A DNA stretch of 64,000 nucleotides, taken from positions 4,590 through 68,589 of the forward strand of contig DASSCI010000039.1 of assembly GCA_035697845.1 (NCBI GenBank), given 5' to 3'. This DNA is from Candidatus Limnocylindria bacterium. GTDB taxonomy: Bacteria > Chloroflexota > Limnocylindria > QHBO01. Of this stretch, positions 18,587-29,334 are shown in pieces; within the stretch, counting starts at the first letter, position 1; the number at the start of each line of letters is the position of its first letter. The notes beneath the pieces are model-generated. The model did no database searches. It was not told the origin of the DNA and saw only the letters and a list, made by a program, of their open reading frames with translations. The translations under genes were made by a program, and so were the position numbers.

Positions 18587-18616
18587 GACCGTGCTGCCCG
18601 GGAGCAGGAGACTCGA

Positions 18617-19944
18617 TCAAGACCGATACGTCACGCGCCCATCGGCGACGGTGAGCCGTACGACGCCGGGCAGCTCCATATCCACGAGCGGCGAATTGGC
18701 CGATGCAGACCCCAGCGTCGTCGCATCGACCCGCCAGCCAGCAGCCGGATCGAAAGCGACGAGATCGGCCCGCTCGCCGGTGCGCAATCCGCGCTTCTCA
18801 CCAACGATCGCCGCCGGCCGCGTCGACAGCGCTGCCAGGAGCGCCGACAAGCTCAGGCGTCCGGCCTCGACCGTGAGAAGGCCGACGCTGAGGGCGGTCT
18901 CGAGGCCGATGAGCCCGGGTGCGGCCTGCGCGAACGGCACCAGCTTGCTCTCGGCCGGGTGCGGAGCATGGTCGGTGGCGATGGCGTCCACCGCTCCGTC
19001 GGCGACCCCTGCCAGCAAGGCCATCGCGTCGTCGCGTGAGGCGAGCGGCGGGTTCACCCGGCAGCGACCGTCGTAGGCAAGCTCCGAGCGCGGGTCCGCC
19101 TCTTCCCAGGCGAAACGGCGCGAGCCGGCGACCCATTCGTCGGTGAGCGCCAGGTGGTGCGGCGTCACGTCGCAGGTCACCGCCACGCCGCGCGCTTTCG
19201 CGGCGCGGACAGCGTCAAGCGAGCGCGCCGTGGACAGGTGGGTGAGGTGCAGCCGTGCATGCGCCGCCTCGGCCAGAGCGATGTCGCGCTCGACGATCGC
19301 CACCTCGGCCTCCGGTGGCCAGGGAGCCAGGCCGAGGCGCGTGGCCGCCGGTCCTGCGCGCATGACGCCGCCCCCGGCGACGGACGCATCCTCGGCATGC
19401 TCGAACAACGGCAGGCCGAGCGGTGCGAGTCGCGCGAGCAGGTCGGCTGTCAGCGCGGCCGATGGAACGGCCGCCCCGTCATCGGACACGCCGATGGCGC
19501 CCGCGCGCCCCAATTCCTCGACCGCGGTGAGCTCGCCTCCCGCGCGGCGCCGGGTTGCCGCAGCGATGACGCGCACGCGCGCCGACGCCGGTGCCGCGAC
19601 CACCGCACCAACGGCATCGGCCGAGTCAAGCGGCGGATCGGTGTTCGGCATGGCGCACACCGTGGTGAATCCGCCGTGGGCGGCAGCGCGGGTGCCGCTG
19701 GCAATGGTCTCCGCCCCGCTGATGCCCGGCTCTCGGAGGTGAGCGTGCAGATCGCAGAAGCCGGGCGCGATGACCCAGCCCGATGCATCGATCCGCTCGG
19801 CATCGTCGGCCGCCTCGACGACCAGCCCGTCGCGCACGGCGATGTCCCTCTCCTCGTCGCTGCCGTCCGACGGGTCGATCACCCGGCCGCCGACCAGCAC
19901 GAAGGTGGCGGGTCGATCGGTCAGCAGGCCGAAACGAGCGTCCC

Positions 19945-19948
<4 letters not shown>
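18617..19948 (-). CDS. pyrC: Dihydroorotase
   Basis: Metal-binding motif DLHAHLREPG and amidohydrolase-family similarity. Overlaps the pyrB stop. Confidence 0.85.
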
Positions 19949-21455
<1,507 letters not shown>

Positions 21456-21478
21456 TCGCCGCGGAGTATACCGATGCG

Positions 21479-23152
21479 CTAAGGCGTCTCGGCCTCGTTG
21501 AAGGCGTCGAAGCCGGCCGGTCCGAACCAGCCTTCCTCTGCGGAGCCGATCACGGCCACCTCGTCGGAGACGTTGCCCGTGTTTCGGGTCACCAGCAGAA
21601 GATCGGCTGACGGCGGATCCATGATGCCGGCGCTTGGGCGGCCGGCGGTCACCACGAGGTGATTGCCGGTCGGCGAGACCTTCACGTCGACGACGAACGA
21701 GCCTCCGGGGATATCGGTCGCGTCGATCGCGTGACCGCTGGTCACGCCGCGGGCGTCGGTTGCATGGCTGAAATAGACCCGCTGCGCATCGGGATAGGCG
21801 TTCGGAACCCCGGTCCACGCCGTATTCCAGACGGCGTAGGCGTCACCGTCCGGACCCCACGCGATGGCTGCCGAAGTGAATGCGTCGCGGCGGATCGTGA
21901 CATCCGAGAAGAGCAGGCGCGATTCGGTGAAGTCGTATCCGCGCTCGCCGTCGGGCTGGTTCTCGGCGAGCCACGGCGCCCCACCCTGCACGAACAGCCA
22001 CTCGCTGCCCGATTGCTCCATCACGCCGCTCCAGAAGATGACGAAGGCTCCGTTCGGGCTGACGAGTGGCTGGAAGATGTTCTCGGCCGGCGGGAACTCA
22101 CTGTCCGCCGGATCGGCGGCAGCGATGCTGCCAGCCTCGGGATCGAAGGCGACGAGGTAGCTGGACGGCGTTTCGCCCGCGGTGCTGACCCAGAGGACCG
22201 AGGTCCCGGGCACCCAGCTGCCGGCGTAGGCATTGCCGACGTCGGTCAGGCGCTCCGCCTCGCCGACGGATGGACGGAAGACCCACGCATCGGTCGTTTC
22301 GTCCTTCTGGTCTGCCAGCGTGAAGGCGAGAGTCGACCCGTCGTCGGACCATGACATCTGCTCGAGGAACGGGCTGCCGGCGACGGACTGGCCGAGATCC
22401 ACGGTGTCGCCGACGACGAACGGCGAATCGGGATCATCGGCCACCAATGTGGCGCGCACCTCGTGGAGCCCGCTCTCGCCGAGGGCGCTGATGTACGCCA
22501 GCCACTGCCCGCCGGGCGAGAGCGCGGCGGCAACGACCGGACCGCTCGGCGCCACCGCATCGGTGATCGTGTCGCCGGTCGTGCCGTCCCGGATGGACAT
22601 CTGCCGGTTCTCGACCGGACCGCTGACGGCGATGTAGACGTCGGGTTCGGGCGAGGCCGGGATCGGGGTCGCCGTCGGTTCCGGCTCGGGGGAAGGGGCC
22701 GCAGACTCGACCATCGAGGCGGACGGAGCAGGAGCCGATGCGCTCGGGGCGGCGCTGAAGCTGGCGGTGCCCGTCGGCGTGGGCGAGGCGTCGCCGATGG
22801 GCCGATCGGTCGTTCCGTTCAGGAGCACGATCGCCAGCAGCGCCCCGGCCACGACGGCCAGGCCACCGCCCGCGGCCGCGAAGATCGTGGTCGGACGGCG
22901 CCACCACGGGATCCCGACGGTCGAGCCGCCCTCGATGCCGGCACGCACCCGGGCGCCTAGATCCGCCGGCGGAGCGACGTGGCGAAGCCCGGCGACGATG
23001 CGTCGTTGGTCCGCGAAGGCCGCGAGGGTCGCGCGACACTCGGCGCAGGTATCGAGGTGCGCGTCGAGCCGGACGCGCTCGTCCGCGGAGAGGTCGCCGC
23101 GCAGCGAGGCGCTGATGAGCTCCTCGAACGGCTCGTGGCGGTCCATCGTCAT
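21479..23152 (-). CDS. Anti-sigma factor: N-terminal zinc-finger anti-sigma domain, single TM, large extracytoplasmic beta-propeller-like domain
   Basis: HLDTCAECR zinc-binding anti-sigma motif and a TM at ~res 90-110. The C-terminal ~400 aa are rich in W/G/D repeats (TolB/WD40-like). Start overlaps the ECF sigma stop. Confidence 0.65.
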   Translation of the reverse strand: MTMDRHEPFEELISASLRGDLSADERVRLDAHLDTCAECRATLAAFADQRRIVAGLRHVAPPADLGARVRAGIEGGSTVGIPWWRRPTTIFAAAGGGLAVVAGALLAIVLLNGTTDRPIGDASPTPTGTASFSAAPSASAPAPSASMVESAAPSPEPEPTATPIPASPEPDVYIAVSGPVENRQMSIRDGTTGDTITDAVAPSGPVVAAALSPGGQWLAYISALGESGLHEVRATLVADDPDSPFVVGDTVDLGQSVAGSPFLEQMSWSDDGSTLAFTLADQKDETTDAWVFRPSVGEAERLTDVGNAYAGSWVPGTSVLWVSTAGETPSSYLVAFDPEAGSIAAADPADSEFPPAENIFQPLVSPNGAFVIFWSGVMEQSGSEWLFVQGGAPWLAENQPDGERGYDFTESRLLFSDVTIRRDAFTSAAIAWGPDGDAYAVWNTAWTGVPNAYPDAQRVYFSHATDARGVTSGHAIDATDIPGGSFVVDVKVSPTGNHLVVTAGRPSAGIMDPPSADLLLVTRNTGNVSDEVAVIGSAEEGWFGPAGFDAFNEAETP

Positions 23153-23685
23153 CGTGCGAAGCCCTCAGCGGCCAGGGCTCGACGCATCTCGCCGCGCGCC
23201 CGACACAGCAGCGTGCGGACCGCGCCGTACGAGAGGCCCATCACCTCGCCGATCTGCTGCGCGCTCATGTCCTCGAGATCACTCAGGAGCAGGCACTGTC
23301 GATGATTCGGGCGCAGACCCATCAGGGCGCGCTGCACGCGCTCGTCCAGCGTGGAGGCCATGACCTGTGCCTCGGGGCCGGGGCGCTGATCGGGACGGTT
23401 CACGTACGTCGGCTCATCGGCGCCCATGGGGCGCACGTGGCGACGGCGGCGCATCTCGTCGATGGCGGTGTTCGTCGCGATCCGGTACAGCCACGACTTG
23501 CGCGACGTTGCTTCGTTCACGGTTCCGAGCTTGCGATAGGCCTTGATGAAGGTGTCCTGGGTGATGTCGGCGGCGCGATCGCGGTCGGCGACCATGCGCA
23601 GCACGTAGTTGTAGATCGGGGCCGAGAATTCATCGAACAGCTGGGCGAAGGCCAGCTCGTGCGCGTCGTCCGACCGGCGACTCAT
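23149..23685 (-). CDS. ECF (sigma-70 family) RNA polymerase sigma factor
   Basis: Region 2 (DITQDTFIKAYRKL) and region 4 HTH (LSDLEDMSAQQIGEVMGLSYGAVRTLLCRAR). Start set at MSRRSDD. Confidence 0.8.
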   Translation of the reverse strand: MSRRSDDAHELAFAQLFDEFSAPIYNYVLRMVADRDRAADITQDTFIKAYRKLGTVNEATSRKSWLYRIATNTAIDEMRRRRHVRPMGADEPTYVNRPDQRPGPEAQVMASTLDERVQRALMGLRPNHRQCLLLSDLEDMSAQQIGEVMGLSYGAVRTLLCRARGEMRRALAAEGFAR

Positions 23686-23795
23686 CGTGGGAGCATCCCA
23701 CGAGACCCTGCCGGGCAGCGCCATCGACTCCACCTCGTCCTCCGCACACACGGCCCCCAACTGTTCGCGTTCTGACGCAGGTGGCTGCCCATCTG

Positions 23796-24788
23796 TTACC
23801 GATGCAGCCGTTCGCGCAGCACCTGGGCGGCGTATTCGGGGGCCGCAGGGTTCACCGCAAGCGCGGTGGCGCGCTCCAACCCCGCGATGACACGCAGCCG
23901 CGGATGGATCTCCCAGTGCCAGTGGAAGGTCTGGTCCAGGCGCTCCCCGGCGGGCGCCGTGTGGAGGAACAGGTTGTAGGGCGGGTCCCCCAGCACGTCG
24001 AGCGCGTGCAGCGCCCGCTGCAGCGTGGCGGTCGCATCGGTGATGGCGTCATCATCGAGCTGCGTGAAGTCGGCGGCGTGCTGACGCGGCACCACCATCA
24101 TCTCGAACGCCGATCGGCTGGCGGCCGGGGTGAAGACCACCGCGTGATGGTCCGCGAGCACCAGGCGCTCGCCGTTCTCCTCCTCGGCCTCCGACAGGGC
24201 GCACCAGACGCATCGGCGGGTCTTGATCACCTGCCTGGCGCCGCCGCCGATCTCCTCCGCGACCCAGTGCGGAACCTGCGGGATGGCGTACAGCTCGAGG
24301 TTGAGGTGGGAACTGCGGGATCCGGCCTGCATGCCGTAGCTCTGGACGGCCTGGATGTAGAGCGGTTCCTGCCGGCCGTCGGCATCCGTCTCGCGCGGCT
24401 GCGACGCGATCTCGCGCATCGCTTCGCGGGCCGCGCGCAGGAGCGCTCCGGCCAGCTGTGGCGAGGCATCGGCCAGGCGCTCGTGATGGTCGCGCGGCGC
24501 GACGAGGATCTCCCACGAGCCGGTCGCGCGCTCGACCTCCGACAGGCTCAGCTGAGCGGCGCTTGCCTTGGTCGAGTCGATGCGGTGGAAGGCCTGCGAC
24601 CGCAGCGCGACGCGGCGAACGAGGTGCGGGGGGCCGTCGTCCGGGGACTCGTCGCAGTGGCGGCAGTGGCTGCCTTCGATCCGCTGCGCCTGGATCTCGA
24701 ACGCCTCGCGCTGGAAGGCGCGGTCCGCGACGATGGCCGACCACCACCCGGTGACCGGGTCCCGACGCAGCTCGAACACGCGGCGCAT
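23796..24788 (-). CDS. GalT-like (galactose-1-phosphate uridylyltransferase family, HIT superfamily) protein
   Basis: N-terminus (RRDPVTGWWSAIV...HCRHCD) resembles GalT N-terminal zinc-binding half; 330 aa. Confidence 0.5.
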   Translation of the reverse strand: MRRVFELRRDPVTGWWSAIVADRAFQREAFEIQAQRIEGSHCRHCDESPDDGPPHLVRRVALRSQAFHRIDSTKASAAQLSLSEVERATGSWEILVAPRDHHERLADASPQLAGALLRAAREAMREIASQPRETDADGRQEPLYIQAVQSYGMQAGSRSSHLNLELYAIPQVPHWVAEEIGGGARQVIKTRRCVWCALSEAEEENGERLVLADHHAVVFTPAASRSAFEMMVVPRQHAADFTQLDDDAITDATATLQRALHALDVLGDPPYNLFLHTAPAGERLDQTFHWHWEIHPRLRVIAGLERATALAVNPAAPEYAAQVLRERLHR

Positions 24789-24847
24789 CGTACCCGATGG
24801 ACATCGGCGTCCCCGGAGAAGGCAGTGCTTCCTTGGGCCGCAACGGC

Positions 24848-25957
24848 TCAGCGCAGCTGCGACATCACCTCGTATGGATCGGATCCGACGATTGGCGTGC
24901 CGTACAGCTCCATGGCGCCGATGTCGGATGGCCGGCTGAACGGATCACCGCGATCCACCAGGCGGACCATCGGCGCGAACTCGGGCCAGCGGCCGTCGAG
25001 CGGCGCTCGCCACAGCGCCAGGTTGAACGACGACACGCCGATCTGGTCGCGGTAGGCGATCAAGGCCCGCGCCACGGCATCGGTGAAGGCTGGATCGCGC
25101 TCGTCCAATCCCGGGCGGCCGATCACCAGCAGCTCGCGCTCCTTGATGGGCGTGAGGTGGGCGATGGTCGTCACGCCCGAGGATTCCATGGCGAGGCCGA
25201 GGTCGCGGTGCAGCTCGACCAGATCGGCCACCAGGTCGCGGTCGTGTGCGCCCCGGTAGGCGACCGCCGCGCGATGGAAGCGCTCCAGGTGCGCGTAGTG
25301 CAAGCCCGAACCGAGCAGTGCCTGCGCGTGGCCGTGGACGATCGAGCCACCCGCCCGCCAGAGGCAGTTCCAGATGAGCATGTAGTTCGCCGCTTCGGCG
25401 TCATCGGCTCTGGCTCGATCGGCCCATTCGCGGCCGGTCGAGAACAGATCGGCGACGAGTGAGGCGTCGAAGGCGAGCGGGTCATGGGTGTCGAAGACGA
25501 GGACGGCATGGTGCGCATCGGCCATGGCTGCGTTCGCGCCGCTCACCATGTGCGCTCCGCGGACCCGGCCGAAGGGCTCCGCCGGCGTGCCAGTCTCCGG
25601 CGAGCAGAAGGGGTCGTCTTCGGTGGCGGCGATTTCATCGGCCAGGTTGCGCCCACCGCTCGAGCCGTCGATGGGACGCCGGGCGCGAAGCGGCGCAAAC
25701 AGCGTCGCCTCCAGCGTGGCGATATTGGTGACCTTGACGACGCGCTGCTCGCGAACCGCATCGGCCGACCCGAAGTGCTGCGCCAGCCAGGCTTCGAGCG
25801 CATGAGGAGGCGAGGTGCGTCCGGTGACGACCCGGACGTCGAGCAGGCGGTCGGCACGCGCACGCGCCTCGCCCTCGAGGCCGGCAGTGCGCGACGGCAG
25901 TCCCAGCAGCCCTTTCAGCCGAGCTCCCAGCCGCGCTTTCGTGGCTGCTCCTGCCAT
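24848..25957 (-). CDS. HIT-superfamily nucleotidyltransferase/phosphorylase-like protein (GalT-like), H-x-H-x-Q motif
   Basis: SIVHGHAQ matches the HxHxQ active-site pattern of GalT-branch HIT enzymes. The true start is probably downstream of 25957 because the ORF overlaps the GNAT gene by 43 nt. Confidence 0.5.
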   Translation of the reverse strand: MAGAATKARLGARLKGLLGLPSRTAGLEGEARARADRLLDVRVVTGRTSPPHALEAWLAQHFGSADAVREQRVVKVTNIATLEATLFAPLRARRPIDGSSGGRNLADEIAATEDDPFCSPETGTPAEPFGRVRGAHMVSGANAAMADAHHAVLVFDTHDPLAFDASLVADLFSTGREWADRARADDAEAANYMLIWNCLWRAGGSIVHGHAQALLGSGLHYAHLERFHRAAVAYRGAHDRDLVADLVELHRDLGLAMESSGVTTIAHLTPIKERELLVIGRPGLDERDPAFTDAVARALIAYRDQIGVSSFNLALWRAPLDGRWPEFAPMVRLVDRGDPFSRPSDIGAMELYGTPIVGSDPYEVMSQLR

Positions 25958-26502
25958 TCGGAGCGGAGAAGGCTCATCACGTGGACGTCGTGGTGCTCGC
26001 CGCGCGCGAAGTGCGCCCGCCGCAGCGTGCCCTCGTGGACGAACCCCGCCTTCGCGTACACACGGCGCGCGGCGTCATTGCCGTCGTAGACATACAGGCC
26101 GATGCGTTCCAGCCGCAGCGCCCCGAAGCCGAAGTCACAGATGGCGCGCAGCGCATCGGTGGCATACCCCTTGTTCCACTCATCCTTCTCGCCGATGGCG
26201 ATGCCGAAGTCGGCAGTGCCGTCCTTCCAGCTGATCTCGTGCAGGCCGATGGTTCCGATCGGCCGGGCATCGGCCAGCAGGCAGATGACGAAGTGGTAAT
26301 CGGTCGTGCCCTGTGCGGCCAGCATGCGGTCGAACCAGGCGGTCTCGGCCGCGTCGCTCATTGGCGCGAACATCTCGAGGTTTCGCAGGACGTCCGCGTC
26401 GTTGAACCAGCGGACGAAGGTCGGGACGTCGTCGCGCTCCGCGGGGCGGAGGTAGACCTGCTCGCCTCGGATGATCGGTCGGCGTTCGGGTAGGCTGGTC
26501 AT
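25915..26502 (-). CDS. GNAT family N-acetyltransferase (RimJ/RimL-like)
   Basis: Acetyl-CoA binding region RIGLYVYDGNDAARRVYAKAGF; 195 aa. Confidence 0.8.
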   Translation of the reverse strand: MTSLPERRPIIRGEQVYLRPAERDDVPTFVRWFNDADVLRNLEMFAPMSDAAETAWFDRMLAAQGTTDYHFVICLLADARPIGTIGLHEISWKDGTADFGIAIGEKDEWNKGYATDALRAICDFGFGALRLERIGLYVYDGNDAARRVYAKAGFVHEGTLRRAHFARGEHHDVHVMSLLRSEWQEQPRKRGWELG

Positions 26503-26535
26503 CCCGGGCCGAGTGTAACGAAGGAGACTGCGCCG

Positions 26536-26988
26536 ATGGCTGCAACAAGAACCGCAACCGTGACCTGGACCGGGACGTTGGCCGAAGGCGCCGGCACGGT
26601 CAGCGCCGGCTCGAGTGAGCTTTTCACTGATCTGCCGGTGTCATGGGCATCTCGCACGGAGGAGGTCGACGGCCGCACCTCGCCGGAGGAGCTGCTGGCC
26701 GCCGCCCACGCGTCGTGCTTCGCCATGGCGCTCTCGGGCGGCCTCGCGCGCGCCGGAACCCCGCCCGATCACGTTCACGTGTCCGCCACGGTGACGTTCG
26801 CGCAGGTCGGCGAGGCGTGGACCGTGACCCGCTCCGAGCTCGACGTCGTGGGCACCGTTCCGGGCCTCGACGAGGCCGGCTTCGACGCGGCGGCTCAAAC
26901 CGCGAAGGAAGGCTGCCCGATCTCGCGTGCGCTCGCGGGCAATGTGGAGATCTCCGTCCATTCGACGGTCGAGGATGCCCACGACTGA
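26536..26988 (+). CDS. osmC: OsmC/Ohr family peroxiredoxin-like protein
   Basis: Conserved Cys pair (HASCFAM ... EGCPIS) typical of OsmC. SD AAGGAG sits upstream of the ATG. Confidence 0.85.
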   Translation: MAATRTATVTWTGTLAEGAGTVSAGSSELFTDLPVSWASRTEEVDGRTSPEELLAAAHASCFAMALSGGLARAGTPPDHVHVSATVTFAQVGEAWTVTRSELDVVGTVPGLDEAGFDAAAQTAKEGCPISRALAGNVEISVHSTVEDAHD

Positions 26989-27063
26989 CTCGCGGTGAAA
27001 CCTTTCGGCAACCCATCGGCTCGGTAGTGGTAGGGGCCACAAACGGCCCGGCAAGCACGATCG

Positions 27064-27582
27064 ATGGGAGCCGACACCGTGAACCTTGGCAGCACTCTTC
27101 GAGGAATCGCCTTTGCCATTGGCGGACTGCTCGTCCTGGCGGGCGTGGCGTTCGCCACCAGCGACCGGGGAACCGATGACGTCGCCGGTGCCTCGCCCAG
27201 CGCCCCGGCAGTAGCCACCTTCGGCGGCAGCGTCAGCGCCGATCCGACTGCGAGCGCCAGCGCGGAAGCCGGCGCCAGCGCCGATTCCGCGGCGACCGCC
27301 AGCGGGGCCCCATCGGCCACTGCAGACGCCACGGCCAGCGCGGATCCGAGCGCCAGCCCCGAGACAGCGGCATTCGGCGCGGCGTCGCCGAGCGCATCAG
27401 GCGACGACCATGGCGGCATCGACAATTCCGGTCCGGGCAACGCCGAAGACGACGACGACGAGGACAACTCGGGCCCCGGCAACGGGGATGACGACGACCG
27501 CGACGACAGCTCCGGTCCGGGCCACGGCGGCGACGACGATGGGTCGGACGACGACAGCTCCGGGCACGGCAGCGACGACTGA
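27064..27582 (+). CDS. Secreted/membrane-anchored low-complexity protein with acidic D-x-SGPG repeat tail
   Basis: N-terminal TM/signal (IAFAIGGLLVLAGVAFA) and an Ala/Ser-rich linker. C-terminal repeats are DNSGPGNAEDDDDEDNSGPGNGDDDDRDDSSGPGHGGDDDGSDDDSSGHGSDD. Confidence 0.5.
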   Translation: MGADTVNLGSTLRGIAFAIGGLLVLAGVAFATSDRGTDDVAGASPSAPAVATFGGSVSADPTASASAEAGASADSAATASGAPSATADATASADPSASPETAAFGAASPSASGDDHGGIDNSGPGNAEDDDDEDNSGPGNGDDDDRDDSSGPGHGGDDDGSDDDSSGHGSDD

Positions 27583-27590
27583 CTCGGCGC

Positions 27591-28175
27591 GTGACCGCGC
27601 GGATGTGGCAGGCGGCATGGGACGATGAGGGCGTGGATGACACCGCCCTCATCGCCGCGCTGCGCGCCGGTGACCGCGATGCCTTTGCACTCCTCGTCGA
27701 GCGCGAGACGAGCTCGGTCTATCGCGCCTGCCTGCGCATTCTCGGCCGCCCGCACGACGCCGAAGACGTGACCCAGGAGAGCTTCGTGGCTGCCTACCGC
27801 GCCATCGGCCAGTTTCGATCGGAGGGCTCCCTGCGCGGGTGGCTGCTGCGGATCGCCACCCGCCAGTGCTTCCGTCGGCTCGCGCAACGCCGGCCGGCCG
27901 CCGACCTCGGCGCCATCGGCGATGGGCTGCTCGTCGACACGTCTGCGGAACCGGCGCGCGTCGCGGTCGCCGCCGAGGCGCGAGACGAGATCCGGGCCGC
28001 CGTTGCCGCGCTCGATGATCCGTACCGCGAGGTGGTGGCCCTGCGCTTCTTCGGCGACATGTCGCTGGCCGAGGTGGCCGAGACCACGGGGCGACCGATC
28101 AACACCGTGAAGACGCATCTGCGCCGCGGCCTCGAGCGGCTGCGCCCCGTATTTGCTTCCGAGGTGGACCGATGA
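27591..28175 (+). CDS. ECF RNA polymerase sigma factor
   Basis: Region 2 (DVTQESFVAAYRAIGQF) and region 4 (LSLAEVAETTGRPINTVKTHLRRG). Confidence 0.85.
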   Translation: MTARMWQAAWDDEGVDDTALIAALRAGDRDAFALLVERETSSVYRACLRILGRPHDAEDVTQESFVAAYRAIGQFRSEGSLRGWLLRIATRQCFRRLAQRRPAADLGAIGDGLLVDTSAEPARVAVAAEARDEIRAAVAALDDPYREVVALRFFGDMSLAEVAETTGRPINTVKTHLRRGLERLRPVFASEVDR

Positions 28176-28735
28176 CGCGACATCCCTACGGTCACGACGA
28201 GCTCGACCGCGTCGACCCCGAGCTGGACCGAGTTGCCGGCGAGCTCGAGCGCTACGCGGCGGCACGGTCAGGCGAGCCACCGCTCGGACTCGCCGCGCGC
28301 ATCCAGGCGGCGATCGACGACGAGCCTGAGCGGCGCGCGGGATGGTGGGCGCCCTTCACGGCCGGACTCCGTGGCCTGCGAGGTCCGGCGCGCGCGGTTG
28401 CCGTGGCAGCCGTCGGCGTGGCCGTGGTCGTGGGCGCTCTGGCCCTGGGAGACCTGGCGGAGCGGGCGCGTCAGAACAACGTCGGCGCCTCGTCCACGCC
28501 AAGCCCTCTCGTCACGCCGACCGCCTCACCGACCGCCTCACCAACGCCAAGCGTCACGCCCTCCCCCAGCCCGTCGCCGTCCGCGACGGCGAGTCCGAGC
28601 GACGAGCCGAGTGTGAGCCCGTCCCCGAGCGCATCGGACGATGACGACGTCGAGACCCCCGAGCCGAGCGAGTCGGATCACAGCGGACCCGGGGGCGGCG
28701 GTGACGACAACAGCGGCCCGGGCGGAGGCGGTTGA
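28172..28735 (+). CDS. Putative anti-sigma factor (single TM, Pro/Ser/Thr-rich extracytoplasmic tail ending in SGPGGGG repeats)
   Basis: ATGA overlap with the sigma gene. TM at VAVAAVGVAVVVGALAL. C-terminus ...SDHSGPGGGGDDNSGPGGGG echoes the tail of the protein at 27064-27582. Confidence 0.55.
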   Translation: MTRHPYGHDELDRVDPELDRVAGELERYAAARSGEPPLGLAARIQAAIDDEPERRAGWWAPFTAGLRGLRGPARAVAVAAVGVAVVVGALALGDLAERARQNNVGASSTPSPLVTPTASPTASPTPSVTPSPSPSPSATASPSDEPSVSPSPSASDDDDVETPEPSESDHSGPGGGGDDNSGPGGGG

Positions 28736-28739
28736 GGAC

Positions 28740-29306
28740 TCAGACGCCCTCGAACTTCGGCGGGTAGACGACCATCCCGGCGGGCAGCTCCGTGACGCCG
28801 GGCCGCGGACGCACCTGGAACGCGTCGCCGGCTTCGTCGTACGGCCCGTGGATGTCGTGATCCGACGCAGGCTCGAAGCCGAAGCGCGAGTAGAAGGGCG
28901 GTGAGCCGAGGACCGCGACGAAGGGCTCAGGATGCGTGTCTGCAATGGCGAGCGCGTCGCGCATCAGTGCGGAGCCGATGCCGTAGCCCTGGTAGGGAGG
29001 CAGGACTGCCAGCGGCGCCAGCGCCAGGACGGTGTCGCCGGCCGGCTCGCCGTCGTCGGGGTGGAAGCTGACCCGGCTGATCAGGATGTGACCCAGAACG
29101 CTGCCGTCTCGCGTGGCGGCCACGAGCGAGAGCTCGGGCACGAAGTCCGGGCCGCTGCGGATGGCGTCGACCAGTTCGGCCTCGTCACGCCGGTGGAAGG
29201 CCTCGCGATGGAGGTCGTGGATGAGGTCGAGATCGATCGGCTGCTCCGCGCGGATCGTCCACTCGGGCGCGTCGACAAGATCGGGGGCAGGCAAGGTGAG
29301 CGTCAT
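28740..29306 (-). CDS. GNAT N-acetyltransferase (YhbS-like)
   Basis: QGYGIGSALMRDAL acetyl-CoA motif; 188 aa. Confidence 0.75.
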   Translation of the reverse strand: MTLTLPAPDLVDAPEWTIRAEQPIDLDLIHDLHREAFHRRDEAELVDAIRSGPDFVPELSLVAATRDGSVLGHILISRVSFHPDDGEPAGDTVLALAPLAVLPPYQGYGIGSALMRDALAIADTHPEPFVAVLGSPPFYSRFGFEPASDHDIHGPYDEAGDAFQVRPRPGVTELPAGMVVYPPKFEGV

Positions 29307-29334
29307 GCTCGCCTCCTAGCACGTGGCGCGCCAG

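Noticed and set aside
18549-19076. ORFs beginning MLSQCSRVLNTRG / MFKSLEH / MFKTLEH at both palindrome loci
   Set aside because: They are translations of the palindrome GTGTTCAAGAGTCTTGAACAC read in both directions. They extend into pyrC or the MFS gene in wrong frames, so they are not genes.
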